The notes beneath the pieces are model-generated. The model worked only from the letters and a program-made list of their open reading frames with translations, was not told the origin of the DNA and searched no databases. From a virus, in the IMG/VR virus record IMGVR_UViG_3300035156_000188, positions 1 through 64,000 of that record: a stretch of DNA of 64,000 nt. One strand, given 5' to 3'. Both the position numbers and the translations under genes were made by a program. Positions 25,139-34,480 of the stretch are shown here, one piece after another (the first letter of the stretch is position 1; the number at the start of each line of letters is the position of its first letter).

Positions 25139-25347
25139 TCGATACCCTCATCACCTACACCTCCGGCGTGCTGCTGAACATGGCTGCGGCCGTGTTGGCT
25201 TTTGCCTTCGTCAGCGCCCGGCTCAGTCCACGTGACATGCTTGCGTGGTGGCGCAGCGGGCCGCTGCCCGGCAAGTTCATCGTCGCTATGCTCTGGCCAG
25301 TTTTCGTGCTGCTGTGGCTGCACAAGGACTGGAGGGAGCCGCGGTGA
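25135..25347 (+). CDS. membrane protein (70 aa)
   Basis: Internal ATG (ATGA coupling); two hydrophobic helices. Confidence 0.55.
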   Translation: MIDTLITYTSGVLLNMAAAVLAFAFVSARLSPRDMLAWWRSGPLPGKFIVAMLWPVFVLLWLHKDWREPR

Positions 25348-25505
25348 ACATCCTGCTCTGGCTGCTGCTCGGCCTCGCCGCCTGCGTGCTGATCTGCGAT
25401 GCAGCTGGCTGGCACATGGCGATCGCCCTCACCGGCCGCCGCCCGCGCGGCTACCCAATGTTGTACTGGCCATTTGTGGCGCTGTGGCGCCTCTGGAGGA
25501 AATAA
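25344..25505 (+). CDS. membrane protein (53 aa)
   Basis: GTG in a GTGA overlap; NILLWLLLGLAACVLI helix. Confidence 0.45.
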   Translation: MNILLWLLLGLAACVLICDAAGWHMAIALTGRRPRGYPMLYWPFVALWRLWRK

Positions 25506-25714
25506 TGCAACGCATCGACCTGAATTTCAGGCTCATCGTCGAGATGAGCGTACCGGAGGGCCTCGGCGAAGCTGAGCTTGACGCCCACATCCGGACAGTC
25601 CGCCTGGCCCTGTCCGACGGCATCGCCTCGCAAAACCGGCGGCACGGCCTGGTGGCCGACGGCGCTACCGTGCACGAAGTGATCCTGCGCCACGTGCAGG
25701 TGGATAAGCGATGA
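25505..25714 (+). CDS. hypothetical protein (69 aa)
   Basis: TAATG coupling; the upstream part of the track ORF is shadow text. Confidence 0.55.
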   Translation: MQRIDLNFRLIVEMSVPEGLGEAELDAHIRTVRLALSDGIASQNRRHGLVADGATVHEVILRHVQVDKR

Positions 25715-25932
25715 CTTACGTGCCCGAGGGGATTCCTGCAGGCGCCTACCTGAAGTACGAGAACAGAGTCGTCGCTAAATTTTACAGCAGGCAGGACGCT
25801 GCCAACGTCGCCGACCTGCTCAACGTCAAGCCGGACATCCTGAACCTGCTGTACCGCCTGAAAATCCACAACCGCACCGGCCCGCTGGCCGACGACGTGA
25901 CTGCCCTCATCGACAAATTGGAGGCCCTGTGA
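25711..25932 (+). CDS. hypothetical protein (73 aa)
   Basis: Coupled ORF. Confidence 0.55.
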   Translation: MTYVPEGIPAGAYLKYENRVVAKFYSRQDAANVADLLNVKPDILNLLYRLKIHNRTGPLADDVTALIDKLEAL

Positions 25933-26282
25933 ACACCTACCTCGCCATCGTCACCGAAGACGGTATCGCCCGCCACGCCAATATCGTGTTGGCGCCGCAC
26001 GCCCACGCAGCCGAAATCCTGCTCAAGCAGGCCTGGCCGCCGGCTCCGTCGCCTGTCACGACGGTCTACACGGCTCACATGGCAGGCAGTGTCGACGGAC
26101 AAAACCTGCTCAAGCGGCTGGCCGGCAACCTGCAGCTGGGCTACCCGCTGATCTACGCGGGAAGGCGCCAGGTCCAGATCACGATGGATATCCCCGAGGA
26201 TGTCACTGTGGACGATCTGCGCACCGAGCTCGAGAAGCGCTGGCCACAGCCCACGGTAGTTACCGTCAAGGACACGCGATGA
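25929..26282 (+). CDS. M..YLA(L/I)-family protein, member 3 (117 aa)
   Basis: GTG-coupled start; N-terminus MNTYLAIVTEDG. Confidence 0.65.
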   Translation: MNTYLAIVTEDGIARHANIVLAPHAHAAEILLKQAWPPAPSPVTTVYTAHMAGSVDGQNLLKRLAGNLQLGYPLIYAGRRQVQITMDIPEDVTVDDLRTELEKRWPQPTVVTVKDTR

Positions 26283-26590
26283 GCCCCTACGACACCACCA
26301 TCGACACGATCAACAGCATCCTCGACGACGCGGCCAAGAGCGCCGCCGAAGTCTTCCTGACCGACGCCCGCAAGAACCTTGCGCCCTACAACCTGTCTCG
26401 GCATCGCATTCAGTTCGAGCTGGCAGAGGTCGTGGTGCACGCCAAGCGCGCCGACGGCCGGGCCGAGACTTGCTACTGGTACGAGATGACCGGCACTGCG
26501 CCGGCCGAGCGTGCCATTCGCGAGCTGGGCCGAGCGCACAACTCGCTGTCGCCGGCCGTCCGCCGGCACCTCGCAACAAAATTCCTGTAA
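26279..26590 (+). CDS. hypothetical protein (103 aa)
   Basis: Coupled ORF. Confidence 0.6.
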   Translation: MSPYDTTIDTINSILDDAAKSAAEVFLTDARKNLAPYNLSRHRIQFELAEVVVHAKRADGRAETCYWYEMTGTAPAERAIRELGRAHNSLSPAVRRHLATKFL

Positions 26591-26614
26591 ATCACCTACC
26601 ACAAGGAGTATCAC

Positions 26615-27076
26615 ATGGGCTATACCACCGACTTTTCCGGCGCCGTCTCGATCGAGCCGCCACTGAACGCTGCCGAAATCGAGTTCCTGACCAAGTTCGC
26701 CGAGACGCGCCGCATGGCACGCACCAAAGGTCCCTACTTCGTCGACGGCGGCGGCGACTATGGCCAAGCCCGTGAAGACGACGTCACCGACTACAACCGT
26801 CCGCCGGCCGGCCAGCCAGGCCTGTGGTGCCAGTGGGTGCCGAGTGAAGACGGCACGACGATCGCCCACGACGGCGGCGAGAAGTTCTACGACAGCCCGG
26901 AGTGGATGACCTACCTGATCGACCACTTCCTCAAGCCCGGCGCCATCGCCGACCTGCCCTTCCTGCAGAAGAACCACATCGTCAACGGCGTCATCAAGGC
27001 GCAGGGCGAGGACATGGACGATCGCTGGAAGCTGGTCGTCACCGACAACAAGGTCACCGTCGTCAATCTGGAGTAG
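26615..27076 (+). CDS. conserved hypothetical protein (153 aa)
   Basis: AAGGAG-N7-ATG; MGYTTDFSG..LWCQW..W text seems familiar from phage/actinobacterial proteins, but I cannot name it. Confidence 0.7.
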   Translation: MGYTTDFSGAVSIEPPLNAAEIEFLTKFAETRRMARTKGPYFVDGGGDYGQAREDDVTDYNRPPAGQPGLWCQWVPSEDGTTIAHDGGEKFYDSPEWMTYLIDHFLKPGAIADLPFLQKNHIVNGVIKAQGEDMDDRWKLVVTDNKVTVVNLE

Positions 27077-27079
27077 GCC

Positions 27080-27289
27080 ATGATTCTCGAAATCAAACTG
27101 TGCATCAACTTCGACGACGCCACCCTCGGCGACAGCCACAACACCCTGTTCCGGGCGGCCGACAAGGCCATCCAGAACGCAATGGGCAACGGCGCCTTCA
27201 CGGCCGGCGCCGAGGACGCCGAGATCGTGTCCTGGAACGTCAACATGGGCTGGCGCTCGCCCAGCGACGATGAAGAGGAACCGGAATGA
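27080..27289 (+). CDS. small acidic protein (69 aa)
   Basis: ORF track; D/E-rich C-terminus (SPSDDEEEPE). Confidence 0.55.
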   Translation: MILEIKLCINFDDATLGDSHNTLFRAADKAIQNAMGNGAFTAGAEDAEIVSWNVNMGWRSPSDDEEEPE

Positions 27290-28083
27290 CCACCTACCAA
27301 GAAAAGAAGCACCCGCACGGTCGTGTTGAGACCGACATGACGAAGAACAACGAGGACGAGTTCGTGTACTTCTACCCGCAGGGCGGCGGTTTCCGCTGCC
27401 AGCTGCCGCACGCCAAGTTCCACGAGGTGTTCGAACTGGCCACCGGCGAGCGGCCCTGGCGCCGCGGCTATGTCGACGCCGACTGGACCGAGGGCATGGG
27501 CCCGGACGGCACCTTCCTGATGTACCCGTGCTGGTCGAACGGTGACCGCTGGAACGGCTGGGGCTCGCCCTACTTCGAACGCGCCACTGCCGAGCTGATC
27601 GTCCAGCACCAGGCCCAGCACGGTGATGGCGTCAATCCGCTGCGCTGGGAGGGCGACAACGTCGTCGAAGGCCCGAGCGATCCCGCCTATCCGGACGAGT
27701 TCGGTGTCTACGAGCCGATGACCCTGCCCAACGGCGTCATGGTCTGGGGCATCGGCGCCGGCAGCTGGTGCTGGAACAGCGTCACGACCGTGCCCACCGT
27801 CGAAGAGACGGCGGCGCGCATCGAGCGCGACATCGTCGCGATGATCAAGGAAGGCGCCATGCCGCGCGGCGTCTCGTCGCTGGAAGACGTGCACGACCAC
27901 TGCGACGGCAATTGCCTGGGCGGCCTGTGCGAAGACGACCTGTTCGACACGCTGGTGCTGCACTACGGCGGGCGTGACGAGCACGAGGGCATGCCGCAGG
28001 GCATGATCAACCACATTAACCAGGCCAACGACCAAGTCGAGATCTGGCTTGCGGCCGGCGGCCATCTGGAGGAGACCAAGTAA
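27286..28083 (+). CDS. hypothetical protein (265 aa)
   Basis: Coupled ORF; W/C/H-rich globular text. Confidence 0.7.
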   Translation: MTTYQEKKHPHGRVETDMTKNNEDEFVYFYPQGGGFRCQLPHAKFHEVFELATGERPWRRGYVDADWTEGMGPDGTFLMYPCWSNGDRWNGWGSPYFERATAELIVQHQAQHGDGVNPLRWEGDNVVEGPSDPAYPDEFGVYEPMTLPNGVMVWGIGAGSWCWNSVTTVPTVEETAARIERDIVAMIKEGAMPRGVSSLEDVHDHCDGNCLGGLCEDDLFDTLVLHYGGRDEHEGMPQGMINHINQANDQVEIWLAAGGHLEETK

Positions 28084-28394
28084 TGCAAGATCCGCACCCC
28101 TGGCCCGTCGGCACGGTCTGTTACGGCCAGAACTTCCGTCACACGGTCAAGCGCAACGGTATGGAGTGCGTGATCGTCGGCCCGCTCAAGAAGCGCCAAG
28201 GCCCGCGAGAAGGCACCACCGAGTGGGTGCAAGATCTCTCGGCCTACCGTGTGCAGTGGTCGGACGGCTCCGTCCGCGGTGTTGAGCCGCGCAACCTGCG
28301 CCGCCGCACCCAGCGCCAGCCTGACCGACGAGGCTTCGTCGCAACCGGCCTGCGTAAGATCCTGGATCTGTTCAAAGAACGCGAAACCCTTTAA
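28083..28394 (+). CDS. hypothetical protein (103 aa)
   Basis: TAATG coupling. Confidence 0.6.
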   Translation: MQDPHPWPVGTVCYGQNFRHTVKRNGMECVIVGPLKKRQGPREGTTEWVQDLSAYRVQWSDGSVRGVEPRNLRRRTQRQPDRRGFVATGLRKILDLFKERETL

Positions 28395-28413
28395 CCCACC
28401 ACGAAAGATGACC

Positions 28414-30507
28414 ATGCAATTCCAACCATTCGCACAAGCAGTCGCAGCACAATTCGCCTCGATGTCGCAGCACGAGCTCTTCACCACCGACATCGCCGGC
28501 GACGACATGTACGCCGCCTACCTCGCCGCCTTCCCGCCAGGCACCGACCCGATCTTCCGCGTGGCTACCGAGCACAGCTGCAGCACCTGCCGCAACTTCA
28601 TCCGCAACATCGGCAACGTCGTGACCATCGTCGACGGCCGGGTCGTTACCGTCTGGGACCACGCCCTGACCGCCAACGACCTCGACCCGGCCTACCAGAG
28701 CGTGGCGCTGGTGCTGCAGGAAAAGGTGCGCGCCGCCAAGCTGACCGGCATCTACCGTACCAGCGAGCGCCAGTACGGCGCCGAAGCGAGCCGCGAAGAG
28801 ATCCGCAACGAGCTGGGTAATGTCGAAAGCGTCCGCACCTGGAATCACTTCCACGGCCGGATCGCGGCGAAGCACTTCACGGCCAGCCCCGGCGCCGCGA
28901 TCGGCGAGTTCAACAACGCGCTGGGCGTCTTCAAGCGCGGGCTGGAAGAGCTGACTGTCGACGCAATCAGCACGGTCCTGGACCTGATCAGCAGCAACGC
29001 GCTGTACCGCGGCGACGAGCACAAGCCGGCGGTCGTGGCGTTCCACAAGCTGCGTTCGATCTACTGCACCCTGACGGAAGACCAGCGCGAACTGTTCCTG
29101 ATGCAGAACGCCATGGTGCCGGCCAGCCGCTTCCGCAACACCGTGATCGGCAGCCTGGTCATCGACCTGTCGGGCGTCCCGGCGCGCGACAACGACGGCC
29201 AGCCGATGCCGGCCGTGCCGCCGGTGGATCTCGAGCGCGCCGTCAAGTTGTTCGAGCAGAAGGTGGCGCCGACGAACTACAAGCGCCCGACCGCGCTGGT
29301 GACCGAAGGCATGAAGAAGCAGGCCCTGGCCACGATCCAGGAGCTGGGCCTGGAGGACAGCCTGACGCGGCGCCTTGCGGTGCCGAGCGACGTCAGCGTC
29401 AACGACGTGCTCTGGGCCGACAACGCTGCCCGCGCCACCATGAAGGGCGGCATCGTCGACATCCTGGCGGCCATCCCGACGGCGGCGGTACTGTCGGACA
29501 AGGCAGTCGACATCTCGATCGAGCGCTTCCTGGCCGACGTCCTGCCGAAGGTCACCGCGATCGACCTCGTGGTGCGCAACCGCCACCTGAATAATTTCGT
29601 GGCGCTGACCGCGCCGATGCACGGCGCCGAGGGCAAGCTGTTCAAGTGGGACAACGACTTCGCCTGGACCTACACCGGCAACATCAGCGATTCGATCAAG
29701 GATCGGGTGAAGGCGGCCGGCGGCGCCACCGACGCGCCGCTGCGCGTCTCGCTGGCCTGGCACAACGGCGACGACCTCGACCTGCACGCTGTCGAACCGG
29801 ACGGCGCGTACATCCACTTCGCCAGCCAGTATCGCGCCAGCCGCGGCGGCCGCACGCCGCACGGCGGCCAGCTCGACGTCGACATGAATGCCGGCGGCGT
29901 CGACAACAACAAGGACCCGGTCGAGAATATCGTCTGGACGAAGCCTGGCGACGGCGTCTACGAGATCCGCGTGAACAACTACAGCCAGCGCAGCAAGTCC
30001 GACACCGGCTACACGCTCGAGATCGAGAACGCCGGTGTGGTGCTGCAGTTCTCCTGCCAGCAGTCGCCGACGTCGGGCAGCACCCACTCGTCGCTGCGGT
30101 TCACGGTTCAGGACGGCAAGGTCGTCGACATCAAGACCATGTCCGGCGTCACCGGCGGCAGCTTCTCGCAGGAGAAGTGGGGCATCGCCACCGAGCAGCC
30201 GGCGCGCGTGTCGATGGTCACCCTCTCCCCGAATTACTGGGGCGACAACGCGACGGGTAACCGCCATTACATCTTCGTGATGGAGGGCTGCAAGACGGAC
30301 GAGCCCCTCCGCGGCATCCTGAACGAATACCTCCGCGCCGAGCTGGAGCCCCACAGGAAGGTGTTCGAGGTGTTGGGTGACCGCACCAAGTGCCAGCCGA
30401 CGAGCGAACAACTTGCCGGCCTGGGTTTCAGCAGCACCAAGGGCGACAGCGTGACGGTTAACGTGACGACCGGCGCGCGCCGCGACGCCTACAACATCGT
30501 TTTCTAA
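28414..30507 (+). CDS. large conserved phage protein (697 aa), function unknown
   Basis: GAAAG-N7-ATG (second of two ATGs); largest early-operon gene; C-terminal third has LSLAWHNGDDLDLH..GGQLDVDMN..PVENIVW..Y beta-type text. Confidence 0.8.
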   Translation: MQFQPFAQAVAAQFASMSQHELFTTDIAGDDMYAAYLAAFPPGTDPIFRVATEHSCSTCRNFIRNIGNVVTIVDGRVVTVWDHALTANDLDPAYQSVALVLQEKVRAAKLTGIYRTSERQYGAEASREEIRNELGNVESVRTWNHFHGRIAAKHFTASPGAAIGEFNNALGVFKRGLEELTVDAISTVLDLISSNALYRGDEHKPAVVAFHKLRSIYCTLTEDQRELFLMQNAMVPASRFRNTVIGSLVIDLSGVPARDNDGQPMPAVPPVDLERAVKLFEQKVAPTNYKRPTALVTEGMKKQALATIQELGLEDSLTRRLAVPSDVSVNDVLWADNAARATMKGGIVDILAAIPTAAVLSDKAVDISIERFLADVLPKVTAIDLVVRNRHLNNFVALTAPMHGAEGKLFKWDNDFAWTYTGNISDSIKDRVKAAGGATDAPLRVSLAWHNGDDLDLHAVEPDGAYIHFASQYRASRGGRTPHGGQLDVDMNAGGVDNNKDPVENIVWTKPGDGVYEIRVNNYSQRSKSDTGYTLEIENAGVVLQFSCQQSPTSGSTHSSLRFTVQDGKVVDIKTMSGVTGGSFSQEKWGIATEQPARVSMVTLSPNYWGDNATGNRHYIFVMEGCKTDEPLRGILNEYLRAELEPHRKVFEVLGDRTKCQPTSEQLAGLGFSSTKGDSVTVNVTTGARRDAYNIVF

Positions 30508-30532
30508 TCCTACCCACCTGAAAGGAATCACC

Positions 30533-30940
30533 ATGGAACTGAACATTTTCGAACTCAGCTCGCGCCAGAAGACCCGCATCGCCACCAACCGCGGCCCGCA
30601 GCCGGCCGAAGTCCTCTGGGACATGCCGCTTACCAGCAAGGGCGGCTTCGACCTCGACACCGTTGGCCAGGCCGTCATCGCCGAGCTCGAAGGCCTGGGC
30701 ACCCGCTCGCTGGTCAAGGCCAAGCCGAACCCGCGCATCGCCGAACTCGAGCTGCAGCTGGCGCTGATCAAGCACGTGATCGACGTCAAAGAAGCCGAGA
30801 AGACGGCGGCAGCCGCCCGCGCCGAGCGCGCCGCCGAGCGCGAGAAGCTGATGGAGCAGCTGGCCAAGAAGCAGGACGCCAAGCTCGAAGGCCTGACCGA
30901 AGACGAGATCAAAGCTCGCCTGCGCGCCCTCGACGCGTAA
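30533..30940 (+). CDS. coiled-coil protein (135 aa)
   Basis: GAAAGGA-N7-ATG; A/E/K-rich heptad-like C-terminal half. Confidence 0.7.
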   Translation: MELNIFELSSRQKTRIATNRGPQPAEVLWDMPLTSKGGFDLDTVGQAVIAELEGLGTRSLVKAKPNPRIAELELQLALIKHVIDVKEAEKTAAAARAERAAEREKLMEQLAKKQDAKLEGLTEDEIKARLRALDA

Positions 30941-30984
30941 CCAACCGGCGTGCCGCTGCGGCGGCACGCCTTCAAGGAGAGAAA

Positions 30985-31389
30985 ATGCACAACATCTTCC
31001 CGTTTGAACTCGCCGCACCCGAGGGCACCCGCCTCTTCATTCAGTACGTCGTGCGCCACGGCGCTGAGCTGAAGGAAAAATACGGTGAGTTGCGCTACAC
31101 CGGCTGCAAGACTGGCGCAGGCTACGAGCAGTGCTGGTCCTGGCGCAGCGTCATCGCCGTCGTCAAGTCGCCCACCGAAGTCGAGTTCACCACCTTCGGC
31201 GACGACGACAACGCCAACGAAGTGATCAACGTTGCCTACCCGGCCGAGGCGCTGGGCGGCATCATCAAGACGCGCAAGCTGCGCCACGCCGAACACGAGC
31301 TTGCCCTGCGCGAGCTGGCGCAGCAGGCCGAGGCCCGACGACTTGCAGTGGCAGCTGTGCACCAGGAGCTGTTTGGAGAGGCGCCATGA
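30985..31389 (+). CDS. hypothetical protein (134 aa)
   Basis: AAGGAGAG-N4-ATG. Confidence 0.7.
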   Translation: MHNIFPFELAAPEGTRLFIQYVVRHGAELKEKYGELRYTGCKTGAGYEQCWSWRSVIAVVKSPTEVEFTTFGDDDNANEVINVAYPAEALGGIIKTRKLRHAEHELALRELAQQAEARRLAVAAVHQELFGEAP

Positions 31390-31781
31390 AAACCACCTAC
31401 ACCATCGCCGACCCTGACCAGGCCGGCCAGTGCCGCATCGTGGCGTGTGACGAGCACGACTTCGGCATGTCGGCCCTTGTGCACTACGGCACGCAGCCGG
31501 ACGAGTGGCGCGCAGTCGGCCTGATGGACGCCAAAGGCTTCCTCATCGCCATGACCGCGCCGAAGGGCGTGATTGAAGCCATCACCGACAGCCAACCGCT
31601 TGCGGCCGGCACCACCTTCACCTTCGACATCACCGAAGCCGAACTCGAAAACATGAAGCTGCGTGACCTGCTCCACAAGCTCGATGCCGACGCCTGCGCC
31701 AGTCACGACGATGCCGAGATCTACACCGTCAGCGCCGCGCTGGTCGAGGAGATCCGCAAATTCCTGCATCCGGAGACCTGA
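31386..31781 (+). CDS. hypothetical protein (131 aa)
   Basis: ATGA coupling; internal ATG of track ORF 31131..31781. Confidence 0.65.
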   Translation: MKTTYTIADPDQAGQCRIVACDEHDFGMSALVHYGTQPDEWRAVGLMDAKGFLIAMTAPKGVIEAITDSQPLAAGTTFTFDITEAELENMKLRDLLHKLDADACASHDDAEIYTVSAALVEEIRKFLHPET

Positions 31782-31975
31782 TGGAAAACCTTACTCAAGC
31801 CGAATACATCGACGAGCCGGGCCGGTGCCCGGTCTGCCGCGGCGGAGACCTCGATGGCGGCTTCGTCGAGATCGACAACGGCACGGCCAGCCAGCCCGTG
31901 CGCTGCAACGACTGCGAGGCCGAGTGGACCGACACCTACACCCTCACCGGATACGCCGAACTGGAGACGCCATGA
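31781..31975 (+). CDS. zinc-ribbon protein (64 aa)
   Basis: CPVCRGG..CNDCEAEW four-Cys ribbon. Confidence 0.6.
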   Translation: MENLTQAEYIDEPGRCPVCRGGDLDGGFVEIDNGTASQPVRCNDCEAEWTDTYTLTGYAELETP

Positions 31976-32295
31976 AATTCACCGCATACATCTGGGACCA
32001 TCAACTCGCCCGCATTCCGCGCGACGGCCTGAGCGTCGAGGCGCTGGCCCCGCTCCTTTCCATTCGCCCGCTCGACGCGAGCGATTACCGGAGCCAGATC
32101 GTGATCGGCGAGGTCGAGATCGACCTCACGCTGCTGCCGGAACACACCATCGTCAACAACGCCGTGATCGCCCTGCGTAAGCAGGCTCAGGAGATCCGCG
32201 CCGAAGCCGGCCAGCGCGCTCGCGTGTTCGAGGAAAAGGCCGAGCAGCTGCTGGCCATCGAAAATAAACCCACCATTACCAAGGAATCATCGTGA
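31972..32295 (+). CDS. hypothetical protein (107 aa)
   Basis: ATGA coupling; internal ATG of track ORF 31663..32295. Confidence 0.6.
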   Translation: MKFTAYIWDHQLARIPRDGLSVEALAPLLSIRPLDASDYRSQIVIGEVEIDLTLLPEHTIVNNAVIALRKQAQEIRAEAGQRARVFEEKAEQLLAIENKPTITKESS

Positions 32296-32696
32296 AAGAC
32301 ATCCTCCTCAACGCCGCCTACCTGTCCAACGGCCTGAACGAACACCCGCAGATTGACCCCATCTTGGACCACTGGGACGGCGGCCACCTGGAGCTGACGG
32401 CGCAGCTGATGCGCTACGCAGCCTTCATCACGGCGCTCGAACTTGCGGCGGCCGCCGTGACCGGTGACTGCCCGGGCGTTTTTCAATACGAGGTGGTCGA
32501 GGACGCAGGGCGCTGGTTCGGCGACCACATCCTGCTGACCCCGGACGCCAACATGGTGCCAGACGACGGCCCATGCCTGAATCACCTGCGCGAAGAGACC
32601 TTCAACTTCTTCGACAAGCTGGACCTGACCGAAGAGACGCGCGCGGCGCTGCTGAAAGCGGTCCAGGACGTGCCGGCGAATCTTCCGGAGGCATGA
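32292..32696 (+). CDS. hypothetical protein (134 aa)
   Basis: GTG-coupled ORF. Confidence 0.65.
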   Translation: MKDILLNAAYLSNGLNEHPQIDPILDHWDGGHLELTAQLMRYAAFITALELAAAAVTGDCPGVFQYEVVEDAGRWFGDHILLTPDANMVPDDGPCLNHLREETFNFFDKLDLTEETRAALLKAVQDVPANLPEA

Positions 32697-32944
32697 TGCG
32701 AGTCGTCAGCCTGCTCCCGCTGACGAAGCGCGCCAAGCAGCTCGTCAAGCAGCACGGCGAGCGCTGGGAGGTGGTCCGGAAGGAGCCGCGCGTGTTGTTC
32801 AGCGACGCGGCCGGGCCGTGGCTGCTGGTGCAGCCTCTCTCGGAAGAGCGCGCCCCGGCCGACGATGCGCGCTCGGCGCGGCTGGAGACAGCGTCGCGCT
32901 GGGTGCACGAATTCAACGATGAAAATTTTAAGGTAGCGCCATGA
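32693..32944 (+). CDS. hypothetical protein (83 aa)
   Basis: ATGATG at the upstream stop. Confidence 0.55.
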   Translation: MMRVVSLLPLTKRAKQLVKQHGERWEVVRKEPRVLFSDAAGPWLLVQPLSEERAPADDARSARLETASRWVHEFNDENFKVAP

Positions 32945-33120
32945 GCGATATTCCTGTTGTGACCACGATCTACGTGCAGGCCGACTATGTTGAATGCCCG
33001 CACTGCGGCGCCCACCAAGACGGCTGGGTCAATGACCCGCGCGGTGCCGAAGAGACCTGTGATGAGTGCGGCGAGCCGTACAAAGTCCACAACGATGCAG
33101 ACCTGGAGATCACGCCGTGA
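32941..33120 (+). CDS. zinc-ribbon protein (59 aa)
   Basis: CPHCG..CDECG; hand-translated, below the track cut-off. Confidence 0.5.
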   Translation: MSDIPVVTTIYVQADYVECPHCGAHQDGWVNDPRGAEETCDECGEPYKVHNDADLEITP

Positions 33121-33203
33121 CAACGACCAACATCAAGCAGGTGCAGCGCGCCCTGCAGACCGCCCGCCAGCTCAAGCAGCTCCTGTCGAAGATCGGGTAA
33201 GCC

Positions 33204-33845
33204 ATGAACACCCTCCACAGTATCGTCCAGCGCCGCGGCGCTGTACCTCTCGCAGCCTTCACCGGCGAGCGCGTCTACATGCGCCCCATCCAGCCGGGCA
33301 AGCCGCTACCCTTCGACCTTGCGCGCTGGCAGCCAACTGTCGACGCCATGCTCAACGGTATCGACGCCGACGTGGCCTACCTGATGATCGACCAGGCCCG
33401 CGTCGCCGCCGGCGTGTCGCATCGACGTCCTGGCGTGCACATCGACGGCTACTGGAACCCAGGCCTATCGGCCCATGCGCCGGAGCCGACCCATGGCAGC
33501 TCGCCGCCGCCGCGCGATAGCCACTCAGGCAGCCCGCGCCACATGGGCGGTGCCCGCGGCTGGGCGCCTGACACGTCCTACCTCGCCCCGGAAGGCCTGC
33601 TGCTGGTGTCTTCCATCACCGCGGCGCGCGCCTACGCTGGTCAGTTCGACCGGCGGCCGGGCGACGGTGGCGACTGCTCGCACCTCGATGTCAGCGCCAT
33701 GCAGGCCCTGGACATGGAAGCCGGCGTCGTCTATGCCGGCAACGTGACCATGTTGCACGAGAGCCTGCCTGTACCGATGGACTGTTTGCGCACCGTTGTG
33801 CGCCTGAACGTACCCGGCTGGACGCCGGAAAGGAGCCATGCATGA
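33204..33845 (+). CDS. hypothetical protein (213 aa) with an HxD..H..R pattern
   Basis: GVHIDGYW (H79/D81), MLHES (H185) and R196, separated by a low-complexity insert; oxygenase-like spacing only, not a confirmed family. Confidence 0.65.
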   Translation: MNTLHSIVQRRGAVPLAAFTGERVYMRPIQPGKPLPFDLARWQPTVDAMLNGIDADVAYLMIDQARVAAGVSHRRPGVHIDGYWNPGLSAHAPEPTHGSSPPPRDSHSGSPRHMGGARGWAPDTSYLAPEGLLLVSSITAARAYAGQFDRRPGDGGDCSHLDVSAMQALDMEAGVVYAGNVTMLHESLPVPMDCLRTVVRLNVPGWTPERSHA

Positions 33846-34480
33846 AAACCACCTCCCGCGACATGTACGCCGTGCCCGGCACCGACATCGAGGTCGAGCT
33901 GCCGATCAAGCCATCCTTCGTCATGGACCACAAGGACGCGAACATCAGTATCGATCTCGTGTCCGGCGAGATCACGATCGGCTACCTAGCCGACGACAGC
34001 GACGCCGAGAATCCACTGGAGAACGACGACTACGCCGGCAAGATCCTCGAAGCGCGCCGGCACGGCCCGACGCTGAAAGATTACGAGCGCGCGTTGGGCC
34101 TGGGCGACTGGGACGGCGAGCCGCGCGACCCTTACGCCGTCCTGCTTGACGTCTATGAGCACGGCGGCGTCTCGTACAGCCTGCACGGCACCGGCACGCA
34201 GTGTCAGTTCGACACGGCGCGCGGCGGCGCATGTTACGTGCCGAGCGATATGCACCGCGAGGACCTCGACAAGCTGCCGCGTGACGAAGCCCTGGCCAAG
34301 GTGCGTGAGCTGGCGGCCGCAGACGCCAAGACATACACCGACTGGTGCAACGGGAACTGCTTTGTTACGGTCGTGGCTACGTACGATCGCGAAGGCGCGC
34401 TGCTCGACTGGGACAGCTGCGGTGGTTATATCGGTGACGATGACGCCTACGCTGCCCTCAAGGAGGAATTTCCTTCCTGA
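33842..34480 (+). CDS. conserved hypothetical protein (212 aa)
   Basis: ATGCATGA coupling; DVYEHGGVSYSL..C.FD and W..G..F....Y strings recur in phage/plasmid proteins I cannot name. Confidence 0.7.
   Translation: MKTTSRDMYAVPGTDIEVELPIKPSFVMDHKDANISIDLVSGEITIGYLADDSDAENPLENDDYAGKILEARRHGPTLKDYERALGLGDWDGEPRDPYAVLLDVYEHGGVSYSLHGTGTQCQFDTARGGACYVPSDMHREDLDKLPRDEALAKVRELAAADAKTYTDWCNGNCFVTVVATYDREGALLDWDSCGGYIGDDDAYAALKEEFPS

Noticed and set aside
28372-31362. 996-aa minus-strand ORF, the longest in the track. Similar giants are 5538..7934 (+), 58342..59895 (-), 53338..54714 (-), 55473..56843 (-), 11651..13057 (+) and 62925..63767 (-).
   Set aside because: They are antisense to genes with clear motifs or RBS-coupled starts, are extremely R/A/G/L/H-rich, and lack RBSs. 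These are typical shadow ORFs of high-G+C DNA where stop codons are rare.
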